This document shows, in pieces, positions 44,429-53,374 of a stretch of DNA of 60,438 nucleotides. The stretch comes from Dehalococcoidia bacterium (GTDB lineage Bacteria; Chloroflexota; Dehalococcoidia; Lucifugimonadales; UBA2985). The notes beneath the pieces were generated by a model that saw nothing but the letters and a program-made list of their open reading frames with translations, did not search any database and had not been told where the DNA came from. Position 1 is the stretch's first letter, and each line of letters begins with the position of its first letter. A program made the translations under genes and the position numbers. The stretch lies in the NCBI GenBank assembly GCA_034421435.1, contig DAOUKJ010000037.1:1-60438 (forward strand). The letters run 5' to 3'.

Positions 44429-46756
44429 ATGCTGGACTATAAGCCCAACATTGTTCTGTCAAACCAGGAGTTCAAGGTTGTGGGCTCTCGGCCCATTCGG
44501 CACGACGGCTACGACAAGGTGACCGGCCGAGCCCGGTACGCCGCGGACATCAGTCTGCCCGGAATGCTGCACGGCAAGGTGCTGCGAAGCCCGCACGCCC
44601 ACGCCAGGATCAAGAAGATCGACTGCAGCAGGGCGCTTGAGCTGCCCGGCGTCATGGCAGTCATGACGTCAGACGACCTGCCCGACCTCTCGGCCAGGGC
44701 TGCCGACCAGGAGGAGGGCTCCATCGCCAACCTGGGCTTCCGCACCAGGAACGTCATGGCGCGTGAGAAGGCGCTCTATCGAGGGCACGCAGTCGCGGCA
44801 GTGGCCGCCACCAGCGCCCACATCGCTGAGGAGGCGCTCTCCCTCATCGACGTCGAATACGAGGTACTCGAGCCAGTCCTTACCTCGCTCGACGCCATGA
44901 AGGACGATGCCCCAATCCTTCACGAGATGCTGGCCACCAGGGCCACCGCCGGCGGACCCGGCGGACTGGGCGACCAGGCTCCCGAGAAGGGCACCAACGT
45001 GGCCGCTCACTTCGAGTTCCGCGTCGGAGACATCGAGAAGGGTTTCGAGGAGGCCGACCTGGTGGTGGAGCGCGACTTCCACACCAAGCGCGTGCACCAG
45101 GGCTACATCGAGCCTCACTCCGCAACCGCCATGTGGGGCACGGACGGCTACGTCACCCTCTGGACCAGCACGCAGCAGCTGTTCGGCGTCCGCGAGGACT
45201 TGGCGCGGCTGCTCGGCCTGTCAACCTCCAAGGTGAAGGTCATACCGATGGAGATCGGCGGCGGATTCGGCGGCAAGGGTACGAGCTACCTGCCTGCCCT
45301 GGCGTCCACGCTCTCACGCAAGACGGGCCGCCCCGTCAAGTTGGCCATGAGCCGCATTGAGGTGTTCCTGGGCAGCGGCCCCACCTCCAGCTCCGACATC
45401 ACGGTCAAGATCGGCGTCAACAATGAAGGCCGAATCACGGCCGCCGAGGCTCACCTGATCTACGAGGCAGGCGCGTTCCCCGGCTCCTCCGTGGGCGGTG
45501 GCGCACGCTGCATGTTCTCGCCGTACGACATCCCCAACGGCTACATCGAGGCCTTCGACGTCCTGACGAACACTCAGAAGGTCGCCGCCTACCGGGCGCC
45601 CGGCGCTCCCATGGGCGCCTTCGCCGTCGAGCAGGTGCTGGACGAGCTGGCCGAGCAGCTGGGCATGGACCCCATGGACCTGCGCCTGGTCAACGCCGCC
45701 AAGGAAGGCACCCGTCAGGTGACCGGCCCCGTATTCGGCAAGATTGGCTGCGTGGAGACCTTTGAGGCTGCCAAGCAGCACCCGCACTACACTGCGCCGC
45801 TCTCCGGCCCCAACCAGGGCCGCGGCGTGGCAGCCGGCTTCTGGGGCAACGGCTCCGGCCCGGCGAGCGCCTTGGCTACCGTCAACGCGGACGGCACCGT
45901 GAACCTGATCGCGGGCGCGCCCGACATCGGCGGCACCCGGGTGGTCATGGCGATGCACCTGGCCGAGACGCTGGGCATCTCCGCCGAGGACGTGCGCCCC
46001 TCCATCGGCGACACCGAGTCCATCGGCTTCAGCACCGGCGCAGGCGGCAGCAGCGTGGCGCAGAAGATCGGCACCGCCTGCCACCTTGCTGCGCTCGACA
46101 TCAAGCAGCAGATGGTGGAGCGGGCGGCCAAGATCTGGGACGTGCCCGTGGAGGAGGTCGAGTACGACGACGGCGTCATCCAGAGCGCAACCGACTCAGA
46201 GCTGCGCCTCACCTTCAAGGACCTGGCGTCCCGCCTGAACGCCACCGGCGGCCCAATCTCCGGCAGGGCAAACCTGAATCCGGGCGGCGCAGGCGCATGC
46301 TTCGCAATCAACATCGCAGACGTTGTGGTTGACCCGGAGACGGGCAAGGTGGACGTGATTCGCTTCACCGCCATCCAGGACGTGGGCAAGGCCATCCACC
46401 CCAGCTATGTGGAGGGCCAGGTGCAGGGCGGCGCAGTCCAGGGCATCGGCTGGGCCCTGAACGAGGAGTACTACTACAACGACGAAGGCAACATGGTGAA
46501 CTCCAGCTTCCTGGACTACAGGATGCCGATCAGCCTTGACCTCCCCATGATCGACACCGTGCTGGTGGAGGTTGCCAACCCCGGCCATCCCTACGGCGTC
46601 CGCGGCGTGGGCGAGGTTTCGCTTGTGCCACCCATGGCAGCCATCGCCAACGCCATTCACAACGCCGTGGGCGTTCGCCTGAATAGCCTGCCCATGTCGC
46701 CCGGCAGGGTCATGGAGGCGCTGTGGGCGAATGGCAGTGCCAACGGAGGGGGATAG
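44429..46756 (+). CDS. Xanthine dehydrogenase/aldehyde oxidase-family molybdopterin-binding subunit
   Basis: Motifs HQGYIEPH, IGGGFGGKG, AYRAPG, VEGQVQGG and GVRGVGE. Confidence 0.92.
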   Translation: MLDYKPNIVLSNQEFKVVGSRPIRHDGYDKVTGRARYAADISLPGMLHGKVLRSPHAHARIKKIDCSRALELPGVMAVMTSDDLPDLSARAADQEEGSIANLGFRTRNVMAREKALYRGHAVAAVAATSAHIAEEALSLIDVEYEVLEPVLTSLDAMKDDAPILHEMLATRATAGGPGGLGDQAPEKGTNVAAHFEFRVGDIEKGFEEADLVVERDFHTKRVHQGYIEPHSATAMWGTDGYVTLWTSTQQLFGVREDLARLLGLSTSKVKVIPMEIGGGFGGKGTSYLPALASTLSRKTGRPVKLAMSRIEVFLGSGPTSSSDITVKIGVNNEGRITAAEAHLIYEAGAFPGSSVGGGARCMFSPYDIPNGYIEAFDVLTNTQKVAAYRAPGAPMGAFAVEQVLDELAEQLGMDPMDLRLVNAAKEGTRQVTGPVFGKIGCVETFEAAKQHPHYTAPLSGPNQGRGVAAGFWGNGSGPASALATVNADGTVNLIAGAPDIGGTRVVMAMHLAETLGISAEDVRPSIGDTESIGFSTGAGGSSVAQKIGTACHLAALDIKQQMVERAAKIWDVPVEEVEYDDGVIQSATDSELRLTFKDLASRLNATGGPISGRANLNPGGAGACFAINIADVVVDPETGKVDVIRFTAIQDVGKAIHPSYVEGQVQGGAVQGIGWALNEEYYYNDEGNMVNSSFLDYRMPISLDLPMIDTVLVEVANPGHPYGVRGVGEVSLVPPMAAIANAIHNAVGVRLNSLPMSPGRVMEALWANGSANGGG

Positions 46757-46758
46757 TC

Positions 46759-47019
46759 ATGCCTGAGGTGTGGATGTCGCCAAGAATGCAGAGGCTCGTC
46801 GGCAAGGAGCAGGTGTGGGTGGACGGTGCAACCATACGCCAGGTGGTGAACAACCTGGACAAGGAGTACCCGGGCATCAAGGACGAGCTGTGCGAGGAGG
46901 ATGAGATCAACCCTGGCATTGCCGTGGTTGTGGACGGCGAGACGTCCAACCTGGGCATGCTGGAGCGGGTCAAGGAGAACAGCGAGATCCACTTCATACC
47001 GGCGATGTCTGGCGGCTGA
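46759..47019 (+). CDS. MoaD/ThiS ubiquitin-like sulfur carrier
   Basis: 86 aa beta-grasp protein ending IPAMSGG. Confidence 0.88.
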   Translation: MPEVWMSPRMQRLVGKEQVWVDGATIRQVVNNLDKEYPGIKDELCEEDEINPGIAVVVDGETSNLGMLERVKENSEIHFIPAMSGG

Positions 47020-47046
47020 AGCCTCCGGCGTCAACAGGTTAGGTAC

Positions 47047-47083
47047 GAGAGGGGGTTGCCCAGTGGCAACCCCCTCTCTCTTT
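47047..47083 (+). terminator. Intrinsic terminator
   Basis: GAGAGGGGGTTGCC-cagt-GGCAACCCCCTCTC followed by TCTTT. Confidence 0.8.
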
Positions 47084-47106
47084 GCGCGTAGCCGGCGCTA
47101 CTTCCA

Positions 47107-47157
47107 ACTGTCTTTTCGAGCGAAGCGCAGCCAAGTCGAAGGGCTCCAAATGACAGT
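47107..47157. repeat. Probable REP-like element (single copy in window)
   Basis: ACTGTC...GACAGT terminal inverted repeat around TTCGAGCGAAGCGCAGCCAAGTCGAA. Confidence 0.45.
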
Positions 47158-47207
47158 GGCGGGAGGGTGGCGCGACTGCGGGAGACCAAGAAGGGTAGGC
47201 GCGAGCC

Positions 47208-48125
47208 TCAGCAGGCCGGCAGGCCCAATTGGTCCAAGTCGCTATTCTCTACACCTCTTAGCGCATCCGGCACGCATCCGCTCAGATTGTTGAAACCCAT
47301 AGCCAACTCTTCCAGGTTGGTGAGGTTGCCCAGCTCAGCCGGTATCTCTCCGCTCAGCTGGTTGCCACTGAGATACAGTCGTTCCAGGTTGGAGAGTTGG
47401 CCCAGCTCAGCGGGTATGTCTCCGCTCAGCTGGTTGCCACTGAGATACAGTCGTTCCAGGTTGGAGAGTTGGCCTAGCTCAGCGGGTATCTCCCCACTCA
47501 ACCGGTTCCCATAGAGGTACAACTCTGTCAGCTTAGAGAGCCGGCCCAACTCCGAGGGTATAGTGCCGGTCAATTCGCCGCCCCCTTCATCGTTGCCGCT
47601 TAGATCCAAGAGCTCCAGGTTGGAGAGGTCGCCCAATTCCGGTGGAATCTCTCCGCTCAACAAGCTATTGCCGAGTCCCAACCACATCAGGTTGGCCAGG
47701 CTTCCCAACTCCGCGGGTATCTCTCCCTTCAAACCGAAACCGTAGAGCTCCAACCTTATGACGCGTCCGTCCTCGTCAGTGGTAACTCCGTACCATTCCC
47801 CGATTGCATCATCACTCAACCAGTTGTCTTCTTGAAAGTCCCACGGCCTCCAGTTGGCTCCATCCATCGCGTTATAGATGCTGACCAGTGCCTCCCTATC
47901 CGTTTCGGCGGAACCCTGGGCGGGCACGGACATGGATTCCGGTGTCATCGCAGCCGTCGATTCGGGCGCGTCGGTTGTCGGCTCGGGAGGGGCCGTGGCC
48001 CTTTCTGGCGTAGATGTAGAAGCGGCTCGTTCAGCAGTGGGCGACGCGGAAGGCTCTTCAGAGCTGCAAGCGAGGAGGACCAGCAGAAGCATAGAGACGG
48101 TGGTCCACCTGGTCATCAGGCGCAC
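47208..48125 (-). CDS. Leucine-rich-repeat lipoprotein with plant-type 24-aa LRRs
   Basis: Lipobox LLAC, Pro/Thr/Ala linker, N-cap ETDREALVSIYNAMDGANW...WYGVT, and repeats LxxLxLsgNqLSGeIPaELG. Start is GTG 48125 or ATG 48116. Confidence 0.88.
   Translation of the reverse strand: MRLMTRWTTVSMLLLVLLACSSEEPSASPTAERAASTSTPERATAPPEPTTDAPESTAAMTPESMSVPAQGSAETDREALVSIYNAMDGANWRPWDFQEDNWLSDDAIGEWYGVTTDEDGRVIRLELYGFGLKGEIPAELGSLANLMWLGLGNSLLSGEIPPELGDLSNLELLDLSGNDEGGGELTGTIPSELGRLSKLTELYLYGNRLSGEIPAELGQLSNLERLYLSGNQLSGDIPAELGQLSNLERLYLSGNQLSGEIPAELGNLTNLEELAMGFNNLSGCVPDALRGVENSDLDQLGLPAC
47331..47474. repeat. 72-bp tandem duplication within the LRR gene
   Basis: Units 47331-47402 and 47403-47474 differ at 2 of 72 positions. 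Confidence 0.92.
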
Positions 48126-48164
48126 TTTACCCACCTCCAGTCATGAGTATGAAGGCTATCGGGT

Positions 48165-48193
48165 ATCCTATAGAGGACGTATGCTTGTGTCAA
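48165..48193 (-). promoter_or_regulatory. sigma70-type promoter of the LRR gene
   Basis: TTGACA-N17-TAGGAT on the minus strand. Confidence 0.7.
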
Positions 48194-48238
48194 CAATTGC
48201 GTCCTTAGGGTATTTCCTTGATGTGCTGGTGGACAACA

Positions 48239-48690
48239 CCGCTCATCTCCGTATCAAGTACGCTGCAGGCTATGAGCGGGCTTGGGGTCAACGCGTTCCT
48301 ACACGTAGTCCGCTCACCCTGAGCCGTGTCGAAGGGCATGAGCGGACTGGGGAAGGGCACGTGAGACATTGGTAGTCGCTGGATTGCGGCTTCCGCCGCA
48401 AGGACGGTTGCGGTGGTAGGCGACCACTGCAGGCATTCTCAGTATGTGCTGGTGCTATGGCATCATACCGCTCATCCTGAGCTTGTCGAAGGAAGTGAGC
48501 GGAGGGATTACGCCCAGCCGGCCCGCTCAAATGGTTCGACAGGCTCACCATGAGCGGGCCGGGGGTCTCCCGCGTTCGCACACTTAGTCCGCTCACCCTG
48601 AGCCGTGTCGAAGGGCGTGAGCGGACTGGGGAAGGGCACGTGAGACATTGGTAGTCGCTGAATCGCGGCTTCCTTCGCAGTGACGGTTGC
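48239..48690. repeat. Array of REP-like palindromes including a 106-bp direct repeat
   Basis: Five CCGCTCA...TGAGCGG hairpins plus two CGTC-type arms. 48306-48411 and 48585-48690 are direct repeats. Confidence 0.88.
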
Positions 48691-48817
48691 TGTTAGCCAC
48701 GCGAGGCGCGCCGACACACGGGACGTTTACACAGAGTGCCGTTAGTGCTACTCTCCCATGTACTCCCACGCCCGCCTCAGGCAAGTCGGGCGACAAGGAC
48801 CTGAAAGCCTCTCCAAC

Positions 48818-50080
48818 ATGCGAAGGGTCTTCTACGGATGGTATATCGTAGCCGCAAGCGTAGGACTCAACTTCTACCTGTCCATAGTGTTCTTTCAGGG
48901 CTTCCAGGTGTTCTTCCTGCCTATCCTCAACGAGTTCGGATGGAGCCGCGCCGTGACCTCCGGCGCATTCTCGCTGCGGCAGCTGGAGTCCGGTCTGCTG
49001 GCCCCGTTCATCGGCTTCCTGGTGGACCGATGGGGGCCAAGGAAGATCATCCTGACGGGTGTGGTGCTCGGCGCAGCGGGGATGATCATGATGGGCTTCA
49101 TCAACTCGCTCTGGACGTTCTACGCCGCCTTCCTCCTCGCCTCCCTGGGCACCAGCGGCTCATCGCATGGCGTGTCCTGGTCCGCGGCCGTGGCCAACTG
49201 GTTCGACAGGCTGAGGGGCCGGGCGCTCGGCATCGCGATGATGGGCCCGGTAGTGGGAGGCCCATTCGTGGTCGTCGTGGCCATCCTGAACGGCTGGCTG
49301 GGCTGGCGATCGGCACTCATCCTGCTGGGCGTCGGCATGCTGGTTGTCGGCATACCGCTGGGCATGGTCGCACGACAGCGGCCGGAGCCATACGGTCTGC
49401 TGCCGGACGGCGACACCGTGCGGAGGATGCCTGGCCCGCTGGACGCATCCTACCCGGGAGCTTTCCAGGGTGCCTCCGACGGCTTGACAGTGAGCCAGGC
49501 CGTGGCCACCCGCGAGTTCTGGCTGCTCATGGTGCTATTCGCCTCAATGTTCATGGGTATAAGCGGTCTGATGGTTCACCTGATACCCATGCTGGAGGAC
49601 ATGGGCTACTCCTCAGCGCTGGCTGCGGCGATCCTGGGCATCATGTTCCTGCTGAGCGGCATTGGCCGCATGGGCGCCGGTTTCCTCGCGGACATGCTCG
49701 ACTTTGTGAAGGTGATGGGCGGACTAGTAGTGTTCCAGGTCACCGGGCTGCTGCTGCTTGGTGTGGTCGGCCCCGGCCAGCTGTGGATGGTCGGCATATT
49801 CTTGCTGCTCTTCGGCATTGGATTCGGGGGTACGATACCACTGAGGCCGTTCCTGATGATGCAGCTGTTTGGGTCGCGCTCGTTCGGGGCGCTGCAGGGC
49901 CTTGTGCAGGGCGGCGCCATCGGCGCAGGCATGGTCGGGCCGGTGTTCTACGGCTGGGTGTTCGACACACGCGGTTCCTACGATCTGGCCATCTACGCGT
50001 CAATCGGCACGATCCTGGTCTCGCTGCCTCTCCTGTTCTTCATACGCGTGCCTCGAAGCGTCGCGCGGAGCGTGCACTGA
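48818..50080 (+). CDS. MFS transporter (OFA/MCT-like)
   Basis: Motifs FYGWYIV, GFLVDRWGPRK, NWFDRLRGRALG and FGSRSFGALQG. Confidence 0.9.
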   Translation: MRRVFYGWYIVAASVGLNFYLSIVFFQGFQVFFLPILNEFGWSRAVTSGAFSLRQLESGLLAPFIGFLVDRWGPRKIILTGVVLGAAGMIMMGFINSLWTFYAAFLLASLGTSGSSHGVSWSAAVANWFDRLRGRALGIAMMGPVVGGPFVVVVAILNGWLGWRSALILLGVGMLVVGIPLGMVARQRPEPYGLLPDGDTVRRMPGPLDASYPGAFQGASDGLTVSQAVATREFWLLMVLFASMFMGISGLMVHLIPMLEDMGYSSALAAAILGIMFLLSGIGRMGAGFLADMLDFVKVMGGLVVFQVTGLLLLGVVGPGQLWMVGIFLLLFGIGFGGTIPLRPFLMMQLFGSRSFGALQGLVQGGAIGAGMVGPVFYGWVFDTRGSYDLAIYASIGTILVSLPLLFFIRVPRSVARSVH

Positions 50081-50155
50081 CGACCGCGATGCTCGAAAAC
50101 GGTCTACGAAACCGGAAAGCAGCCGGCGACAAGCCGGAGGCAAGGGAGGTGTGAC

Positions 50156-51283
50156 ATGGCGCCGGAAGTGGCAGCCGACAGCGTCCTCGTTGACGCGCAA
50201 CGACTGGAGCGGTTTGTGTTCACGGTCTTCACGACCCTGGGCCTGAGCGAGTCCAACGCCCGGGACGCCGCGGACGTGCTGGTCAAGTCCGACATCTACG
50301 GCATCGACTCCCACGGCGTGCCCCGACTGGCAGGCTACGTGAACAGGCTGCGAACTGGGGCAGCCCAGGGCAACCCGGAGGTGGTGGTCGTCCATGAGCT
50401 ACCGTCCACGGCCCTGGTGGACGGCGCCAACGGCGTCGGTATGGTGGTGGGCAAGCGGGCCATGGAGATCGCCATACGCAAGGCGGAAGCCACAGGCGCG
50501 GGCTTCGTGTCGGTGCGCAACAGCTCACACTACGGCATCGCCGGATACTACGCCCGCATGGCGCTTGAGCACGACATGATCGGCTTCAGCATGACCAACG
50601 TGGGCAGCGGCGGCAGCACCCCGGCCACGGGAGGCCGCACCGGGTTCTTCGGCACCAACCCCATCGCCGTGGCCGCGCCCACCGGTACGCCTCCCGCGTT
50701 CGTCATGGACTTCGCCACCACCGTCGTCGCCTCCGGCAAGCTGCAGATCGCGCAGCGGCGCGGCCAGCCCGTGCCGCTCGGCTGGGTCGTCGACAGGGAT
50801 GGCAACCTCTCCACGAACCCCGCGGACAGGCACGGCGGAGGCTACATTCCGCCCCTCGGCGGCATGCGCGAGACCAGCGGCCACAAGGGCTACGGCCTGC
50901 TGCTCCTGGTCGATATACTGTCCGGCGTGCTGTCCGGCGCGGCCGTTGGAGCCACTGCCAGCAAGCTCACTGCGGAGGGCGCACGGAGTGAGCAAGCCCG
51001 CCCGGACGGCGCAGGCTCCAACACCGGCCACTTCTTCGGCGCGCTGCGCGTGGACGGCTTCCGCCCCCTGGACGAGTTCAAGGCGCAGATGGACGAGATG
51101 ATGAGCGTCATTCGCAGCTCCGAGAAGCTGCCGGGCTGGGAGCGCATCTTCGTGCACGGCGAGCCGGAATGGGAAGCGGAGCGCGATCGGCTTGAGAATG
51201 GCATACCTCTTGACCGGCCCACCTATGATTCCCTCGTGAACGTGGCGAAGGACCTGGACATACCCCTGGACGTGGAGAAGTAG
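50156..51283 (+). CDS. Ldh_2 family oxidoreductase (AllD/ComC/type 2 malate-lactate dehydrogenase-like)
   Basis: Motifs GIDSHGV, RNSSHYG, GTNPIA, DFATT and HKGYGL. Confidence 0.9.
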   Translation: MAPEVAADSVLVDAQRLERFVFTVFTTLGLSESNARDAADVLVKSDIYGIDSHGVPRLAGYVNRLRTGAAQGNPEVVVVHELPSTALVDGANGVGMVVGKRAMEIAIRKAEATGAGFVSVRNSSHYGIAGYYARMALEHDMIGFSMTNVGSGGSTPATGGRTGFFGTNPIAVAAPTGTPPAFVMDFATTVVASGKLQIAQRRGQPVPLGWVVDRDGNLSTNPADRHGGGYIPPLGGMRETSGHKGYGLLLLVDILSGVLSGAAVGATASKLTAEGARSEQARPDGAGSNTGHFFGALRVDGFRPLDEFKAQMDEMMSVIRSSEKLPGWERIFVHGEPEWEAERDRLENGIPLDRPTYDSLVNVAKDLDIPLDVEK

Positions 51284-51327
51284 CGACACCGAGGCGCAAT
51301 GACGCCTTAGAAGACAAGGAGAAGACC

Positions 51328-52230
51328 ATGAAGCTGGTGCTATTCGGCGACGAGTTCAACCTGGGAATACTCTCCGGCGACTCGGTGATAGACGCCTCAT
51401 CGGTTGGGGACGCGATCAGCCACAACTCACCGCAGGAGCTGATGAGCAGCGTCATCGCGGACTTCGACAGGCATCGCGGCGCGATGGAACAGCTCGCGGC
51501 ATCCGGGCAGCGCATCCCTGCCAGCGACGTGAGGCTGCGCGCGCCTCTGCCCTGCCCGCCAAGGCTGATCTGCATGGCCGTCAACTACCTGGAGCACGAC
51601 GACCAGGTTGAGCCTGCTCCCATCAACGCCTTCAACAAGTCCTCCGGCAGCGTCATAGGCAACGGCGACACCATCGTGCTGCCGAGCGCGCAAGCCACGG
51701 TGTTCGAGCACGAGGCTGAGCTTGGCATCGTCATCGGCAAGCGCGCGAGCGCCATCAGGGCGGAGGACGCCTACGACTACGTGTTCGGCTACGTCAACTT
51801 CATCGACGTGTCATGCAGGGGAATCGGGCCCGCGGGCCGCGACAGCTTCTTCATCGGCAAGTCGTGGGACACGTTCGGCCCCATGGGCCCGGCGATTGTA
51901 ACCGCCGACGAGGTCGCAGACCCGCTAAACCTGCCCGTGCGCCTCAGCGTTCAGGGAACGCTCCGCCAGGACTACAGCACCCGCAGCATGGGCCACAAGA
52001 TACCGGAGCTGCTGGAGTGGATCACGTGGATAACCGCGCTTGAGCCGGGCGACGTAGTGGCTTGCGGCACCCACCACCTCGGCCTAGGGCCGCTGCAGGA
52101 CGGCGACGTGGTGGAGATGGAGATCGCCGAGTTCGGCAAGCTGACGCTAAACGTCACCGACGCCCTGAAGCGCGAGTGGCCGCGTGAGACGCGGGCGCAG
52201 CGCGAGGCGCGGGAGGCCGCCGGAGCGTAG
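51328..52230 (+). CDS. Fumarylacetoacetate hydrolase family protein
   Basis: Motifs CMAVNY, HEAELGIVIGK, DVSCR, GKSWDTFGPMGP and PGDVVACGT. Confidence 0.9.
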   Translation: MKLVLFGDEFNLGILSGDSVIDASSVGDAISHNSPQELMSSVIADFDRHRGAMEQLAASGQRIPASDVRLRAPLPCPPRLICMAVNYLEHDDQVEPAPINAFNKSSGSVIGNGDTIVLPSAQATVFEHEAELGIVIGKRASAIRAEDAYDYVFGYVNFIDVSCRGIGPAGRDSFFIGKSWDTFGPMGPAIVTADEVADPLNLPVRLSVQGTLRQDYSTRSMGHKIPELLEWITWITALEPGDVVACGTHHLGLGPLQDGDVVEMEIAEFGKLTLNVTDALKREWPRETRAQREAREAAGA

Positions 52231-52358
52231 CGCAGGGGCGTCGACTGCCGCCGCACTTGCCCGCCCACGTCTCATGCTGCATAATCGAATCGCGAGAGGT
52301 GCCGAGCGCCTCTCGCGCAAACCGATGCACACAACAACCGAACGGGAGGTGACTCGCC

Positions 52359-52631
52359 TTGGCACACTTGCTGATCAGACATAAGGTGGAGAGCTACGCC
52401 AAGTGGAGGCCGGTGTTCGCCGAGCAGAACGCCGACCGCGAGGCCGCCGGCCAGGTGGGGGACGCCCAGGTCTTCCGCAGCGGCGACGACCCGTGGGAGG
52501 TGCTGATCCTCATGGAGTGGGACGAGCTTGAGAGGGCGCGGCAGTTCGCCGCCGCAGACGCGACCCGCGAGGCCATGCAGGCTGCCGGCGTCTCGGACGA
52601 GCCGACCTTCACCTTCCTGCAGGGCGTCTAG
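52359..52631 (+). CDS. Small dimeric alpha+beta-barrel ('cyclase'/ABM-like) protein
   Basis: IRHKVESYAKW...VFR...EVLILMEWD...AMQAAGV. GGAGG precedes the TTG start. Confidence 0.7.
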   Translation: MAHLLIRHKVESYAKWRPVFAEQNADREAAGQVGDAQVFRSGDDPWEVLILMEWDELERARQFAAADATREAMQAAGVSDEPTFTFLQGV

Positions 52632-52663
52632 CGCCCAACTGCGTTCTCCTGAAAGATACCAGT

Positions 52664-53374
52664 ATGGCCGACCCCAAGGCCCAGCAGGACTGCCACTACG
52701 CACGCCTGGGTGAGGTGGACTACACCGAGGCGTGGAACATGCAATCGGCCATTGCCCGCCGCAGGGCTGACGGCGAGATACCGGACTACCTGCTGCTCCT
52801 GGAGCACCCGCACACGTACACGCTCGGCCGTCGCGCGGTCATCGATGAGGTGCTGGCGAGCAACGCCGCGCTGGAGCGGCTGGGCGCGCGCGTCGTGCAC
52901 GCAGACAGGGGCGGGCTGGTCACCTACCACGGCCCCGGCCAGATTGTGGGCTACCCCATAGTGGACGTCCGCCATATCGGCGGCCCGCGGGGCTACGTAT
53001 GCGCGCTGGAGGAGGTGGTCATCCTCACGCTCAATGACTTTGGCCTTGCCGCCGAAAGGATACCGGACCTGATTGGTGTGTGGGTCGGAGACGTGAAGGT
53101 CGCCTCCATAGGGGTGCGGATAAGCCGGGGCATATCCACCCACGGCTTCGCGCTGAACGTGAGCACCGACCTGTCCTACTTCCGCCACATCGTGCCCTGC
53201 GGGATGCCGGGCGCGGTGGTCGGCAGCATGGAGAGCCTGCTGGGGGCGCCGGTCGACAAAGACTTGGTGGCGGAGCGGCTGGTGCACCACTTCGGGAGCC
53301 GGCTGCGCAGGACGATGGTGGAGGTGGCACCGGAGACTCTCGGCACGCGGGCTGTAGCTGGAACGCAGGCCTAG
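52664..53374 (+). CDS. lipB: Lipoyl(octanoyl) transferase
   Basis: Motifs LLEHPHTYTLG, DRGGLVTYHGPGQ, KVASIG and HGFALN...IVPCG. Confidence 0.93.
   Translation: MADPKAQQDCHYARLGEVDYTEAWNMQSAIARRRADGEIPDYLLLLEHPHTYTLGRRAVIDEVLASNAALERLGARVVHADRGGLVTYHGPGQIVGYPIVDVRHIGGPRGYVCALEEVVILTLNDFGLAAERIPDLIGVWVGDVKVASIGVRISRGISTHGFALNVSTDLSYFRHIVPCGMPGAVVGSMESLLGAPVDKDLVAERLVHHFGSRLRRTMVEVAPETLGTRAVAGTQA

Noticed and set aside
44429-46756. Aerobic CO dehydrogenase (CoxL) assignment
   Set aside because: The active-site loop is AYRAPG, not AYxCSFR (form I) or AYxGAGR (form II), and no coxMS genes are adjacent.
48306-48690. CRISPR array (also considered for 17560-17612)
   Set aside because: Only two long units, no 23-47 bp repeats with unique equal-length spacers, and no cas genes.
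49199-49212. REP core TGGTTCGACAGGCT inside the MFS gene
   Set aside because: It encodes the ordinary MFS motif WFDRL and has no palindromic arms, so it is probably coincidental.
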